Assembly: GCA_021613535.1 (NCBI GenBank) | Contig: CP075497.1 | Location: forward strand, 2,480,001 to 2,544,000 | Direction of reading: 5' to 3' | Length of the DNA: 64,000 nucleotides | Source: Adineta vaga | Taxonomy: Eukaryota > Animalia > Rotifera | In this document: in pieces, positions 27,311-40,020 of the stretch | Numbering within the stretch: position 1 is the stretch's first letter | How the letters are laid out: every line of letters starts with the position of its first letter | Notes under the pieces: model-generated | The model's database searches: none | What the model was told of the DNA's origin: nothing | Seen by the model: the letters and a program-made list of their open reading frames with translations, nothing else | Position numbers and translations under genes: made by a program

Positions 27311-29514
27311 TTATTCATCATCATCCATGGATGATGGTAAATATTCCCGAGGAAATATACAGGCAATTCGAATAATTGGTTTTGTATAATTTGAACTATT
27401 TTTAATCTGAAATGAATAATGAGGAATACAAATTTCAATGAAAAGGAAATTACTTGAATGCCAAATCGTAGTTTTTCAAGTAAATATGTCCATTTAAGTT
27501 TGGTTTTTTGTTCATCCGTCATCAGAATAAATTCATCGACCTTAGATGATTTCATTTAGTAAATAAGAATGATTAGGATGAAAATTCTTTCTTACTGAAC
27601 ATTTGAGCAGTTTTCTTGCAATATCATCACCTAATTTAACATTTGTGATTGTTCCTGTTTGATCAGTTAGATGAACATTTAAATAAAATGATTCTTTAGT
27701 TGAAAGATTTTCCTGTTCTAATAATTTCATACGACATTCAGCTTCTGAACATTCATTTAATCCATTACTCTCTCGAATTGATCGATTACAAAAAATACTA
27801 AAGAAACGTTCGTAAATAATCAAAATAAATTTTCTTTTACCATTTTTTTGTAATCACTTGATTTAATGGACCATCAAGGTCGAAATGACTTAAAAAACAT
27901 TGAACAATAAATGTATCATTACTGTCCTCATCAAATAGATATTGTTTTAATTCATGAATTGTTACAACTGTTGCTTGAATTGCTAAAAACAGAAAGATAG
28001 TCAGTTAGTCTGTGTTATTTATTCCTCATTTTTCTTACAATTGAAACCGCCATCCATAGCAACATTGAGTAAATCATCGATCGGAATCGATCGCATTGAT
28101 TCGTACAATTGAGCAGATTCATTTGTATCTAAAAAGATTCTATTTATAAAATATTCTCGATAGGATTTATACGGGGGTGAAAAGCAAATGTGATATTAAT
28201 GGATCGATTGATATTTTCACATGTGTTTATACTTACGAATGGTATATATATTCTAGTGACTTTTCCTCAGTAGGAAAGCACGTCTGGAATAGATTAATCG
28301 ATTTCGAGAAAACAAACCTTCCGAAGAATTTGTGTTTTAACGAAAGTAAATCATACCTGGATTAATAGTAAATAAACTTTGACGTGTTGCAGTTAATCCA
28401 TAAACTTTTCGATATTCATCATAACGAACACGTAATCCAACACAAAAGATAATATGTTCTTCGGGTATCCATCGTTGAGCAAACTAACAATCGAATTTGA
28501 AATCATCAAAAAGAAATTGATCGAATTACTTTAATTTGTTCACTATCCCAAAATGTTAACCAAACTCCAGTTGTTTGTCCATCAAACAATAAGACTTCTA
28601 ATAACTGTTTTTCTTCATTATCATAATCTGTTTCACGCTGTCGTCGTGTTCGGATCGTTTTCAATGCACCAATCTATCGCAGCACACTCAAATAAAAAGA
28701 AATTTGTTATTTTATTTCTCTACCTGTTGTACACCAGCTAGAACATTAATTCCATTCGTTTTCTTAACTAATTCTTCACCATGAGTTACAATTTGTGCTA
28801 AGGTATAATAATCATTTCCCGCACGACAAGGTACACAAGCCAGAAATTCATATTGTGTCGCTTTTGGACCTTCGATCTTTTCCATATATGACTTTTCATT
28901 CAATGTAAGTTCAAATGAACTAAAAATAAACCATTCGAAATTTGAAATAAACCTCTGATAGAAACAAAAACATACAATGGTGTCCATGGTGTATAAGTAT
29001 TTGCTCGTTCTTCTGATTTAGGTTTTATAACTGGATAATGAATTGCAACTAATACAAACCAGTTTATAGATATGTCTTTTGAATCAAATTGAAATCTTCT
29101 TACCAACATCACCAATTGTAAATTTACTACTAATAATAATTAAATCCTTTGGTGGAAGCCAATAAGCAACATTAATAAAATCTTTAACTGAATCTCGAAA
29201 TGTAAAATTCAATACACTTCTTTGATGACGATCATCTATTTTCAAACAAGTAAACTAAATCAAAATCAAGAATAATTGTCTCATACTTCCTTCAAATGTT
29301 CGCATTTCTACTTTCCCAATCACAATTCCATACATAATCTTTGAACGATAAGATTCGATTTTTATTTCATCGCAACAACGAACAAAACTTACACCATCGA
29401 TTAGACCTGGATTACTCGATGATAATGTATTTAATTTAATCACTCGTTGATAGATTGTTCATACTCCTATTCGATCATAAATAACAAGAAGAAATTTTGC
29501 AATCAACTTACCAT
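27311..29514 (-). CDS. MEIOB: Meiosis-specific OB-fold protein MEIOB (apparent 1-nt frameshift in exon 2)
   Basis: Spliced product GIVIGK..FTFRDS..FINVAYW..FTIGDVV..P..DYYTLAQIVTHG..INVLAGV..LFD..TFWD..AQRWIP..TINPD..CIFC..C..C..LTDQTG..LKWTYLLEK follows MEIOB motif order throughout. Confidence 0.9.
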
Positions 29515-29964
29515 CGTAATTAATCGTTCTTCATTGAAATCAATATGAAACATTATTCATTGACTAGTCAGATTGAACGATTGTTATCGAGGTCAAAATT
29601 ATACGATTGGATCATTTGATTTCAAACTAATATATCATCGATTCGTTATAATAGAGATATTGAAGTCTTAAAACTTGTATTTTAATCAAAGATCATCTAT
29701 GAAAGCTCTCTATGTTTATTGATCGTCTTTCGTGAAAAAATAATGACAAGAAAAAGAAATAAATCACTACACACTACATCTATTTATACATAATACAGTT
29801 GTTCAAATAAAAAAAGGAGAGAAAAAAAACTTCACTGAAATAATAGAAACTTTAATCGTTAGCATCTGAAAGATTGTGGTTTTTTTTTAAATAAAGACTT
29901 CACTGATTTGTTTGGTTTTTCAAAAACATTACGAAAGAATTGAGAAAAGGGCTTCGATTATATT

Positions 29965-31713
29965 CTAGGCAACTGCTATCATATCTTGTCTTGATCGAGT
30001 TTGACGACGTTCCATAACTTGTTTACCGAATCGTTTCGCAGCGAGAACAGCACGAACAGTTAATCTCATCGGTTGTTTTTGTTCCGGTTGATCATTAAAT
30101 GGTTTTCGAGGTGTATCATTCGATGTACGTGATAAATTATTTGGAATTGGATTCAATAATGGTGTTGTTTGTGTAACAGTAACATGTGAATGTGGTGTAA
30201 AATAAGATTGTTCAATAATACGTCGTTGTTGGGAAACAAGTGATCGCATACCTACTGCTATTTGTCGATTTACCATTGAACCTTGAACAAATTCTCGACA
30301 GAATTTTTTCACATGATTAAGATTGAAATTCATTTCATGATGACATTCATCGTTATATAACTTTGTTGCATACTAAAATTAACAAGAGAAAATTATTTTC
30401 AAGAGTATTGAACATTTATCTTATACGAAATAATGATTGGCTCGATCTGTTGGTTCACTGGGCATGTCAGCAACAATCATTGCAATATAACCAGCAAGAC
30501 CAAGAACTAATTCCACTGGATAAGTACATGTCCATAAGACATAATTTAAATGTGGAATATCAGAACGAATATGACGCATAAATTTAAGTGAAAGAACAAG
30601 TACAGAAGTAGCAAGAAGTGATGCATTGAAACAACTTGCCCATGATTGAATACATGCCACATGAATAAATAAATTGCTCAATGCTCGAATCTGTTCAGAT
30701 CAAAGAAAATCAATTGTAAAGAAAAACTAACGAAGATATTATTTACTTTAGGTTCATTTAATTTACATGTTTCAGTTGAATTTAATTCTAAGAATAATTC
30801 AACGAATTCTTGTGGTAATGCTAATTGAAAATCGAAATTAAGTTCAGCAAATAAATGTCGAACTATATGACCAATATCACGTGGATCAAATGCATTTGCT
30901 GAATATCGAGAATATTCTTCCAACTAAAACTTCATTTTCAAGTGATAATTTGAACAAATCCGTTTTCCTTACTTTCACTTGTATACGATTATGAAATTTG
31001 GCAACAAGAATAAAATAACCCATTGCACGTAATTGATAATCTCGATCATAATGACCACGTAATGTATCTCGTGCATCGAGAAGTCGAACACAATGTTGAG
31101 CAACTTCTTCTTTCATATGATTTTTACGCTAAAGAAAATCTCTTTTCAAAGACAAATTACAATGATAAAAATATACTTGTATTCCAATTAGCCAATTCAC
31201 AATCGATTGACGCCATATAAGACTAACTGCTGAACGTTGTAAGACAGTTCGAAGCCAGAGAACACTAAAATTTAATGTATGTGATTGTCGTGCTTCAAGT
31301 AACTGTTGAGAAGAGAAAAAAAATAGGATTTGAGTAAATTGTTTCTAATTATGAAGACACACCTACGAGAAGAGTATTTGTATGTTCAAATAAATATTGA
31401 TGAAGACCAACGCGTTGAATACGTGATGCATGTGTTTGATAATCAGTTGATGTTGATGAAATTGGTTCCAAAGTATCCGAAAGAACTAGTTGAAAATGGA
31501 TGAAAAGAAATATTTTTGATCGAAATTAAAAAAACAAATTTACAATTGTAACAAAATATCGTTGATTGAAGAGGTCGTTGAATTGCCGACAAGGTATTGT
31601 TATTGTATGGACTCTAAGAAATCGAATTCATTTGAATAAAATTTTAAATTAGAAAGAAAATGATTTACATCCCCAGTTGAACTAGGTACTAATTGATTTC
31701 GGTCGTCTCCCAT
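29965..31713 (-). CDS. Divergent cyclin-fold protein
   Basis: WRQSIVNWLIGIQ..HCVRLLDA..YQLRAMGYFILVAKF..ANAF..LFAELNFDFQLALPQEFVELF aligns by eye to the cyclin N-box; FNASLLATSVL resembles the second cyclin fold. Confidence 0.7.
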
Positions 31714-32589
31714 GCGATGCGAATGATGTGTGATGATTTGTATTTGTCTATCTCAAAAAGAAATCAGATGACAACGAATGAAGAAATAGGAAAACGAATG
31801 GAATATATTCTCTCTATTTTTTTTTGTTTTCCTTGCCTTTCGCCTTCGACTACAGAATATACATATGCACATTTCCACATCGATAGTCGTTGATTTATAC
31901 CTAGATTGTACGAGAGGACAATTCACATTCGTTTGAGAGAAAACATACTGTTTATGTATATATATAGTCATCATCGAAATATATATATATCATTTCGTTT
32001 CTTTGTCGTTTATAGACAGATAACAATAGTGAGCATGTGACTGATATAGATTGTTTTTCAGCAACATAAAATAAATATCTTATATTGTGTACGCTTTAAA
32101 CTGTGTTCAAAATAGCTCTTATCAAAATCTCTAAATTGCAGTTATCTTCATATTGGGAGGATATTTTCAATACAATAACACTTTGAAAGATTTTTCTTCA
32201 TAAATTACTGATACAAAATGTTCATTATATCTGATCACTACTATTTTCTTTTTTCGTGAGTATTTCTTTCGATACAGAACCTACGATAATCTTATTCAAA
32301 TTGATTGTACGAGAAATATGATTGATTGTATTATGATCGGGAAATTATGAACGAAGTTTTGAAACATCCTGAGTCGCCGCTAGCAAGCTGGACAAAATGT
32401 ATACGACATGTTATACAATAGATGTCGTTTTTCTTCTGAGACATGGTTCGACAAGAACCAATAGTATATTTTAACGTTGAAAGAATCAAGTGAATCTTTG
32501 ACCGGTCGTCTCGTCTCGTCAATACTTGTCACTTGTCAGTGAGTAACTGAATCTTCCGATTCCGACAATCAGTTTGAAAATAAATCAAT

Positions 32590-33825
32590 ATGCATCAACG
32601 GAATACTCATCTCCATACACCGACAACATATGTATCATCATCACGTTCGACTAATGTTCAACATCATGATCCAACAAATGCTCGTCTTGTTACTTTTTGT
32701 TCAACATCATCGAGATCTTCATCTATGTCAACAACATCAACAAATGATATCGAACATCTTTATGTTCCTCGTCCACCAATTGAATCTGATTTCATATTTG
32801 AATCCTGTCTTATCATATTCAAAATGATCTCTCTTTTCTTACAACATTTATTAATCTATAAATCTGATAAATGGATAGCTCCTTATGCTTCACCAACAGA
32901 TTCTTTTATACATTGGTTTCGTATAGATTATTATATTATTGGAATATCAATTATATTCTGTATATCTTTTCAAGAAAAGTTCTTTACTCTTCGAATATTA
33001 ATTAATATCATTGCATTTATTTATTCATATTGGTTTTATTCATGGAAATATGTTTTAGTATTTACTTATCCACTTGTTTGTTCTTTATTGGTTTATCATG
33101 ATCAAAATTTGAAACTAAATAAATCACAACAAACATCAATTTCATCGAATACATTACCAGGACATTGGTGTTCATCAAATGCTTATGATCTTCGTTATGA
33201 AACCGATTGTCTTCGTAGTGATTTCAATCAACGTATTCGACATATACTTTTTTCATCGTTTCTCTCCTTCTACTACATTTGTATTGTTCCATTAGCATTT
33301 TGTGATACACATTACATTCGTCTTGATATTGTTCTTCTTCTTCAATTTGATTTAAGTTTATTTCTCAGTTTAATCATGATTTATACAAGTCATTATTTAC
33401 CTCTGGAATTGTTAACTGTTCTTCATCGTAATGGCAAACATCTTGGTTCATGGCAATGTTTACCAACTCATAATCATCCATCGATGATTTCATTATGGGA
33501 TGAAAAAAATCAAACAGCATATGAACCAAATTCTCTTGTGAAATATAAACGACAAATCTATCGTTCATCAAATTCGTCTTCAACTGTTGCCGAACCGGGT
33601 AATACGTATCATACACGTTTTGCAATTCTATTTAGTCGACCATTGATTTTTCCGTTAATTTTATGTTCAATAGAAGTAATACTTTTCATTTCTCAACTTC
33701 TATTTCTTTGTATTGATCAACGTTGGTTTATACTTGTGTCACAGATGGTTTTGTTTCTTATGAATACATATACCATTCGAAATACGACACGTGATATGTA
33801 TCTACTCTATTTAGTGTATTGTTGA
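32590..33825 (+). CDS. TMEM39: Transmembrane protein 39 (single coding exon)
   Basis: Multi-TM protein with HWCSSNAYDLRYE..LRSDFNQR, LHRNGKHLGSW and VAEPGNTYHTRF motifs. Confidence 0.9.
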   Translation: MHQRNTHLHTPTTYVSSSRSTNVQHHDPTNARLVTFCSTSSRSSSMSTTSTNDIEHLYVPRPPIESDFIFESCLIIFKMISLFLQHLLIYKSDKWIAPYASPTDSFIHWFRIDYYIIGISIIFCISFQEKFFTLRILINIIAFIYSYWFYSWKYVLVFTYPLVCSLLVYHDQNLKLNKSQQTSISSNTLPGHWCSSNAYDLRYETDCLRSDFNQRIRHILFSSFLSFYYICIVPLAFCDTHYIRLDIVLLLQFDLSLFLSLIMIYTSHYLPLELLTVLHRNGKHLGSWQCLPTHNHPSMISLWDEKNQTAYEPNSLVKYKRQIYRSSNSSSTVAEPGNTYHTRFAILFSRPLIFPLILCSIEVILFISQLLFLCIDQRWFILVSQMVLFLMNTYTIRNTTRDMYLLYLVYC

Positions 33826-34452
33826 GAATGATTAATGAAAATTATGTTATTTTGTGTTCTTTTTTAGTTTGTGTATTTGACATTATGTCATAGTTCATCT
33901 TTATTCAAACCATGATCGACTAAAATAGTACATTATAGTAAAATATCCTTGTACAGATTGATTAACAGTTTGCTGTCCATAGAATAGAGAATAAATTGCT
34001 ATCTGTATCCGGATTGGTTAACAGGGATAGCTAACCAGATATAAGGAGTGCTTTTCTTTACAATCAATATCTCGAATGATTCGTGGTATTGTGTCGATAG
34101 ATCGAAGATACTCTATAAGATATTTCAAATGAAAGTGTATTCTGTATAGTCAATAGTGAATTAATCAAGTCCTGAATGATCTATTCTTAGTTCTATTAGA
34201 TTTTAGCCGAAATATTAATAAAATGTCCTCGTATTACTATTCGAGTCGATCAGTGCGTTTGAATCATTTTTGAATAACTGACTATAAGCGTATTCTTAGT
34301 ACATTGTTAATGTAACAGTCGTATGTTTCTGTAAAATTGTGTGAAATCAATTTGTTTTATATTGATTCAGATAAACAAAGCAAGAAAGAAAACCCAATAG
34401 GATTTGAAATGAATCTCAAGTCTTCTTTTATTTGTTTTTTCTAGATATCATC

Positions 34453-36204
34453 ATGATGAAAAAACTTGATTACGTTAATCTACCAGGAATTGTAAGATGT
34501 ACAAAAAGAAAAAGTCATTGAATTTTGAATCAAATTTTATAGGCAAATGATCAACCGGATTGTTTCGAAACACCTGATTATCCAATAAACGAACAAAGTA
34601 ATGAAGTTGGTTATGATAATTCCGAAGCTGTGAATCAATTCGATATCAATACAAAAGAAGCTCATGATGCATTTAATGGAAAATATCTTAATGGTAAAGT
34701 TGCAAGTAAGTCGAAACAATTCTATGAATCTTTAATAGATAAATCATTGTTTTTTTTCAGATTTTTCTGACAATGCATCTAAAGCTCGTGGTTATGTTCA
34801 ACATGGAATTTATCAAAATGTAAATATTTTCTTATCAAGACTAAAACAACTTCTTTTATTTATTTCTATAGCACGCTGAACATGAGCCAGAAACACCTAT
34901 CGAACGTTATAAACGTTTAATGTGTGAATTACAAGAATTAGAAGAAGAATTCAATCAAGTGAATCTCCTTACAAAATCTCGTTTTCATTTTTCTTGATCT
35001 ATTCAATATTCTAGACAACAAAAGAAGATTTAAATAAAGAAGAAAGTGAAAATTTAAATGCACTTGTTAAACATATCCAACAATTACAAGAACATACATC
35101 AAAAGTATATAGTGCAAAATTTCTCTTAAATGAACGTGATACAAGGTTTGTACGAATAATTTATACTTTACTTTGAACAGATTTTCTTTTGTAAAAATCA
35201 ATTTTAGTTCATTGTTAACAAAATTAGCTGCATCGAAACAAGAAGCTAAACAAACCAATGGAGGACAGAAGACTTCTGATACATTCAAATTATATATTAA
35301 TCCAGCAACAGCGGCAACTGTTGGAAGTTCATCAACATCGGCTCTTCAAGTATGAATCTTTTCTTTCAAATCGATGGTTAATTAAAGATTGAATATTTAG
35401 CTTTCGGATCTCGAACAAAAAGTATCGAAACTTGAAAATCTAATTGGTCTCAATGACCAACAATCAGTAAGAAAAATCTCTTCTATTTATTCTTTCATAT
35501 TCTATTTCTTTCCTTTTCTTTCTTAGATCGAATCGAAAACTTTATTAGTAAATCGATTGATTTAATATGATTCTTTTATTAAAAGACACCGTTTTCTTCT
35601 TTCAGAATTCACTTGAACAATTAACAACACGTGTTAATTTACTTGATGGAACAAATATTGATCATATTGATATGAAATTAACCAATGTTCTTACTCGTTT
35701 AAATACTATTAATGAAAAAAAAACAACTGTTGATGAACAAGATAAACAGAGCAAAGTAAGAAGCTTGCGAATTTTATTCAACAAAAAAAAAATTTCGAAA
35801 TTTTAGGCTGTTGAACTATTCGATATGATGTCACGTTGGGAAACAATGGCAGCTAATTTACCCATTATTCAACAGCGTTTAATTGCTCTTAATGAACTTC
35901 ATCAACAAGGTAAAAAAATAAATTTCTCAAAGAAAATATGAATCTCTCTGTTTCTTCCAGCTTTTCAATTTAGTACCGCACTTTCGCATTATGAAGCTGA
36001 ACAACAAGCATTAAAAACATCACTTGATACGAATGATCAACTTTTAAAACAAGTAAAGAATCTGGTCATCGTCTTTTTTTTATATCAATTTTGAATTTAA
36101 TTTAGTTAAAAACAACATTTGATTCGAATCTCGACTCGCTTAAAAGTCAACTGAATAATATCGATCAAAAATTAGGAGCAAGTGCAAATTCGAAAAAGAA
36201 ATAA
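34453..36204 (+). CDS. DCTN2: Dynactin subunit 2 (p50/dynamitin)
   Basis: NLPGIANDQPDCFETPD, FNGKYL..DFSD, ETPIERYKRLMCELQELEEE, LPIIQQRLIALNELHQQAFQF; many short exons. Confidence 0.92.
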
Positions 36205-36816
36205 ACGATGCATATATTCATGTGTAAATCATACGAACTTTATTCTCTTCTACTGTTTTTCTTTTTGGTGGTGCATCAGATAGTTCATTCTGGTTCTTTT
36301 ATTTGGCATTTGTAATCACATATATTTTATTATTCATCGGTTGACGTTTTTTCCAATAAAATGTGAAGGGATGTTATTGAGAATAAAATCAATCTTTCCA
36401 TCTCGTATTCGATAGAAATATTTGACTTTACTGATGAGTTTTACAAAGAATTCAGTTCATAATTAAGCTATATGATTTTAACCTTATCTCTATAACTAAA
36501 TCAAGTATTCTATGATGGTTCTTCATAACTGTCAGATACTAAATAAAACGATTCTCTCTCTTTATTTAATTCTGTCAGTCGATTAAGATCGATATATTCT
36601 TCGCCATTTCTATGTAAAGAACTGAAAAATTATATATATCATACTATCTGTGAAACGTTCACATTTCCCTTGATTTGATTTGTTCGTGTCATCCGACGAA
36701 AGATATTTCGTCAAGAAAGAAGCAAAGTAATGATATCTGTTATAATATAATCAGTCATAAATGAACATCATCAAACTATTACCTCGATCTATTTGTTTTT
36801 CTCTTTTCTCTCTCTC

Positions 36817-36824
36817 TATAAATA
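36817..36824 (+). promoter_or_regulatory. TATA box of the small secreted peptide gene
   Basis: TATAAATA lies about 30 nt upstream of a non-coding first exon that ends at the GTAAGT donor (36890). Confidence 0.6.
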
Positions 36825-36961
36825 CCGTCGAATTTCGCTAAAATAAACATACAGCATCATACAATCTTCGCGAATTCATTTCTAACTCTGTAAGTGATGT
36901 TTTTTTATATCCCATGGATTAGATATGGATTTTGTATTTTCAGTCTGCAATAGAACCAATC

Positions 36962-37249
36962 ATGTCATCTATTGTCAACTATCTTTTATTTGTCTTGGTG
37001 TTATTGTGTACCAGTGGCTTCTTACAAGAAGGTTTGTGAACATATCTTTTCGTCCGTAATTTATCTAATGTATTACGAATATTTTCAGTTGTTGGTCAAT
37101 GGGGTTGGAGAGGTTCAAGACGCGAAGTGCGTCATGAATTTCGCGAACACAGATGGCGAGAAAACCGATGGTCTCGTAAGTATTATCTGTCTTATATCAA
37201 TAATAATCCATAATATCTCTCTGATTTAGGCGGTCCACGATGGTGGTAA
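36962..37249 (+). CDS. 58-aa secreted Trp/Arg-rich cationic peptide precursor (candidate antimicrobial peptide)
   Basis: Exons 36962-37031, 37089-37175 and 37230-37249 join in phase to give MSSIVNYLLFVLVLLCTSGFLQEVVG-QWGWRGSRREVRHEFREHRWRENRWSRGPRWW*. TATA box upstream; AATAAA at 37371. Confidence 0.8.
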
Positions 37250-38267
37250 ATCATTTTCTTCTGAAACGAAATATAATATCAATGAAAAATTTTTCTGTGA
37301 TGAAATTAATAATTTTTTCTAATTTTAACTTCAAATGTATGATGTCGTAATATACTGTCTCTTTCAGTTCAATAAATTATTTTCAAATCATAGATTAAAC
37401 TTTTCTTATGCTGTTTGGAATAGAAACTGATAGTGAAATCCTTTACATATTTCTCTTTCGAGTTATAACGCTGCAGGCATAGCTATTCATACGTATACCA
37501 ATTGGAGACCTTTGAACTACTGAAATGCGTGCTTTCAATGCTATATGCTATTTAATTATCGATAGAACGTAGTAGTTTAACTTTGATGAGAATGTTTCAT
37601 GCTGAATTAGAAGTAACGAAAGATATATTTCATATTCATCCATCTGCTTATCATCCGCGATAGAGAATAGTATGATTATGTTCTTAATACACGTTGTTGA
37701 GACTTACATCATCGTAATAATTCTCACTTGATCGGTAATAGAAAATAAATTTGTACAAATTTACTTCCTTTATTTAAGATTACGTGGTTAGTTTCATCGT
37801 ATTTAACGCTTCATGCATCATTACTAAAGAGTTAGGTGCCTATCTATCAATCAATCTAACCAAATCTTTTACGTAAGCAAAGATACACACCTCTATCGTC
37901 GTGTATTTGACATACTTTTCAATATTATCTATGTGATAATCTTTTGCTTACTACAACATAAATTAATTTCAGTTGAATGAACAGATTAAAAGAGAACGAG
38001 CAAGTGAGAGAGAGAGAGAACAACTATAAAAATTCTTTCTCGTTTTTTTTCAAATGATAAATCAAAAACAAAAAGAAAACTAAATCCGAATAGATAATTT
38101 AAAAAATCAAATACATAATACTTCTCTTGGTTATATTCCAACATACACCCACACAAACACGGTTGTTAAACAAAAGAGAAGTGAAGAGTTCAAATGAGAT
38201 TTGTATGACGAGGACAAAAGAAAACCTAATGATCGTCATTATTTTGTCCTAGTTTAAAACAATCGAA

Positions 38268-40020
38268 TTAGCAATGGAAGATCGGAGAATAATTTTCATA
38301 ATGATTGTGACGGGAAAACGTTGGATATTCATGTTTGACCTAAAATTTGATACAATTCAACGAAAATATATTTCAAATTGGTGTTTTAAAAACGTACTTG
38401 AGCTGCACAAGTACTACTCTTGCTATTTAAGATTTGATTCAGTGCCTCATTAGAATACAATGTATTTCCATATTGTCTGATATATTGATTTGGACTAATA
38501 CGTTTGATTTCTTTTCGTTGTTTTATATCACGATCAAGAATAACATTGATATCATCATATTCAACAATAATTTTTTTCGTTGGTTCATGAGCACGACGTT
38601 TGTGTCTTGTAGGCACGGGAGATGCACGTTCATAGATTATTTTACGTTTTTGTTCAGGAGGATATGGTAACCATTTCTCTACAAGGATAGGTGCAGGTTT
38701 TTGAATAATAGTAGAAACATTTTGTCGAAGACGTTCAACAATAACAGTTGGTGGAGATGGTGAGGGTGTGGGAAGGTGATGATACACAATAGTTGGTTTC
38801 GATGAATAATCATGTTTAGGAGGAATGGGCGGGCGTTCACGAAGGATAATCGGTGATGGAGTTTTTGATAATTGAATCTGACCTGTATCTTCTAATTTTT
38901 GACGTATCGTTGAAGACTTATTCGATGACGATGATTTATGTCGAACTTCTCGAATAATAATTGGCGCAGGTGGTGGTGGCGTCGGTGGACGAAGTAATTG
39001 TATATCAACTTTTTGTTTTAATAGAACATCTTTACTTTTTCTTCGTATAATAACTGGTGGTGGTGGTGGAATCGATGCCGACATTTCCTGAGAAAAATCC
39101 ATTGAAGCTGCGAAAGTTGAAACATGTTCAAGATCTTTCAAATAATTAAAATTAATATCTCCAATATTAGTTGTCGCTTCATAACTACTAAAAACATCAG
39201 TTGTTGGTTTATTTAATTCGTTCATTGTATCCGATGAATATCCCCATTCAATTTTCGATCCACCTGTCGTTGATGTCGCTTCTTCGTTTAATTTCTCTTC
39301 ATAAAGATTATTACTATTATTTCTATTTTGATTATTATGATTATTATTTGTTACTGGAGTAGCAAAATAAAATTGAGGATGAGATTCCGATGGTACAAAT
39401 TTTGTATAATTCATTTTTTCTCTCTGTTCATTTCGCCGTATAACAGTCGTTGGTTTACTACTACTTGTAATTGAACATGTAATTGATAAATCATCACAAC
39501 TTTTATGTCGTATTAATGGATTATTTTCCATCATTGATGTTAAATGAGTTGTTGATGATTGCGTTCGTCGACGTGATGGAATTGTTTGCATTGTAGAAAT
39601 CGATGTTGATGTTGTCATTGGTTGAATTTTCGAATTTTGAATAGAATAAACTGTATTGTCTAAATCAAAACTATCAGCATAAGCAACTAATGATTGAAGT
39701 AATTCCGTATCCGGTACGAATTGTTCATGAGTTGTTATATCCGTTCGAATGGTTGTTTGATGTTCAATTGCTGTTTCATAAAAGGAACTTCCTTGTTTTG
39801 TTGATTGTTGATAATTATTATCATATTGTTCATAATTAATAAACGATGGTTGAGTTTGTATAAGTATCGATAGATCAGTATGAGTATTATTTGCATTATT
39901 ATTATTTTGATTTCTCTCGGAAGATGTTGTTGCTTGTTGCATAAACATCGGATCAAATGTTAACTGCACATTATTACATAGCGAGATAATCGATGGTAAT
40001 GATGATGACCACTTATTCAT
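38268..40020 (-). CDS. Uncharacterised proline-rich protein (PPTPPPPAPIIIRE / PIILRERPP / ILVEKWLPY motifs)
   Basis: Long ORF with a Ser/Thr/Asn-rich N-terminus and a patterned Pro / beta-branched / charged C-terminal domain; short last exon ends FHC*. Confidence 0.75.

Noticed and set aside
36972-37229. 85-aa ORF-track product MSTIFYLSW...
   Set aside because: Wrong frame and reads through two introns; the spliced 58-aa peptide explains the locus better.
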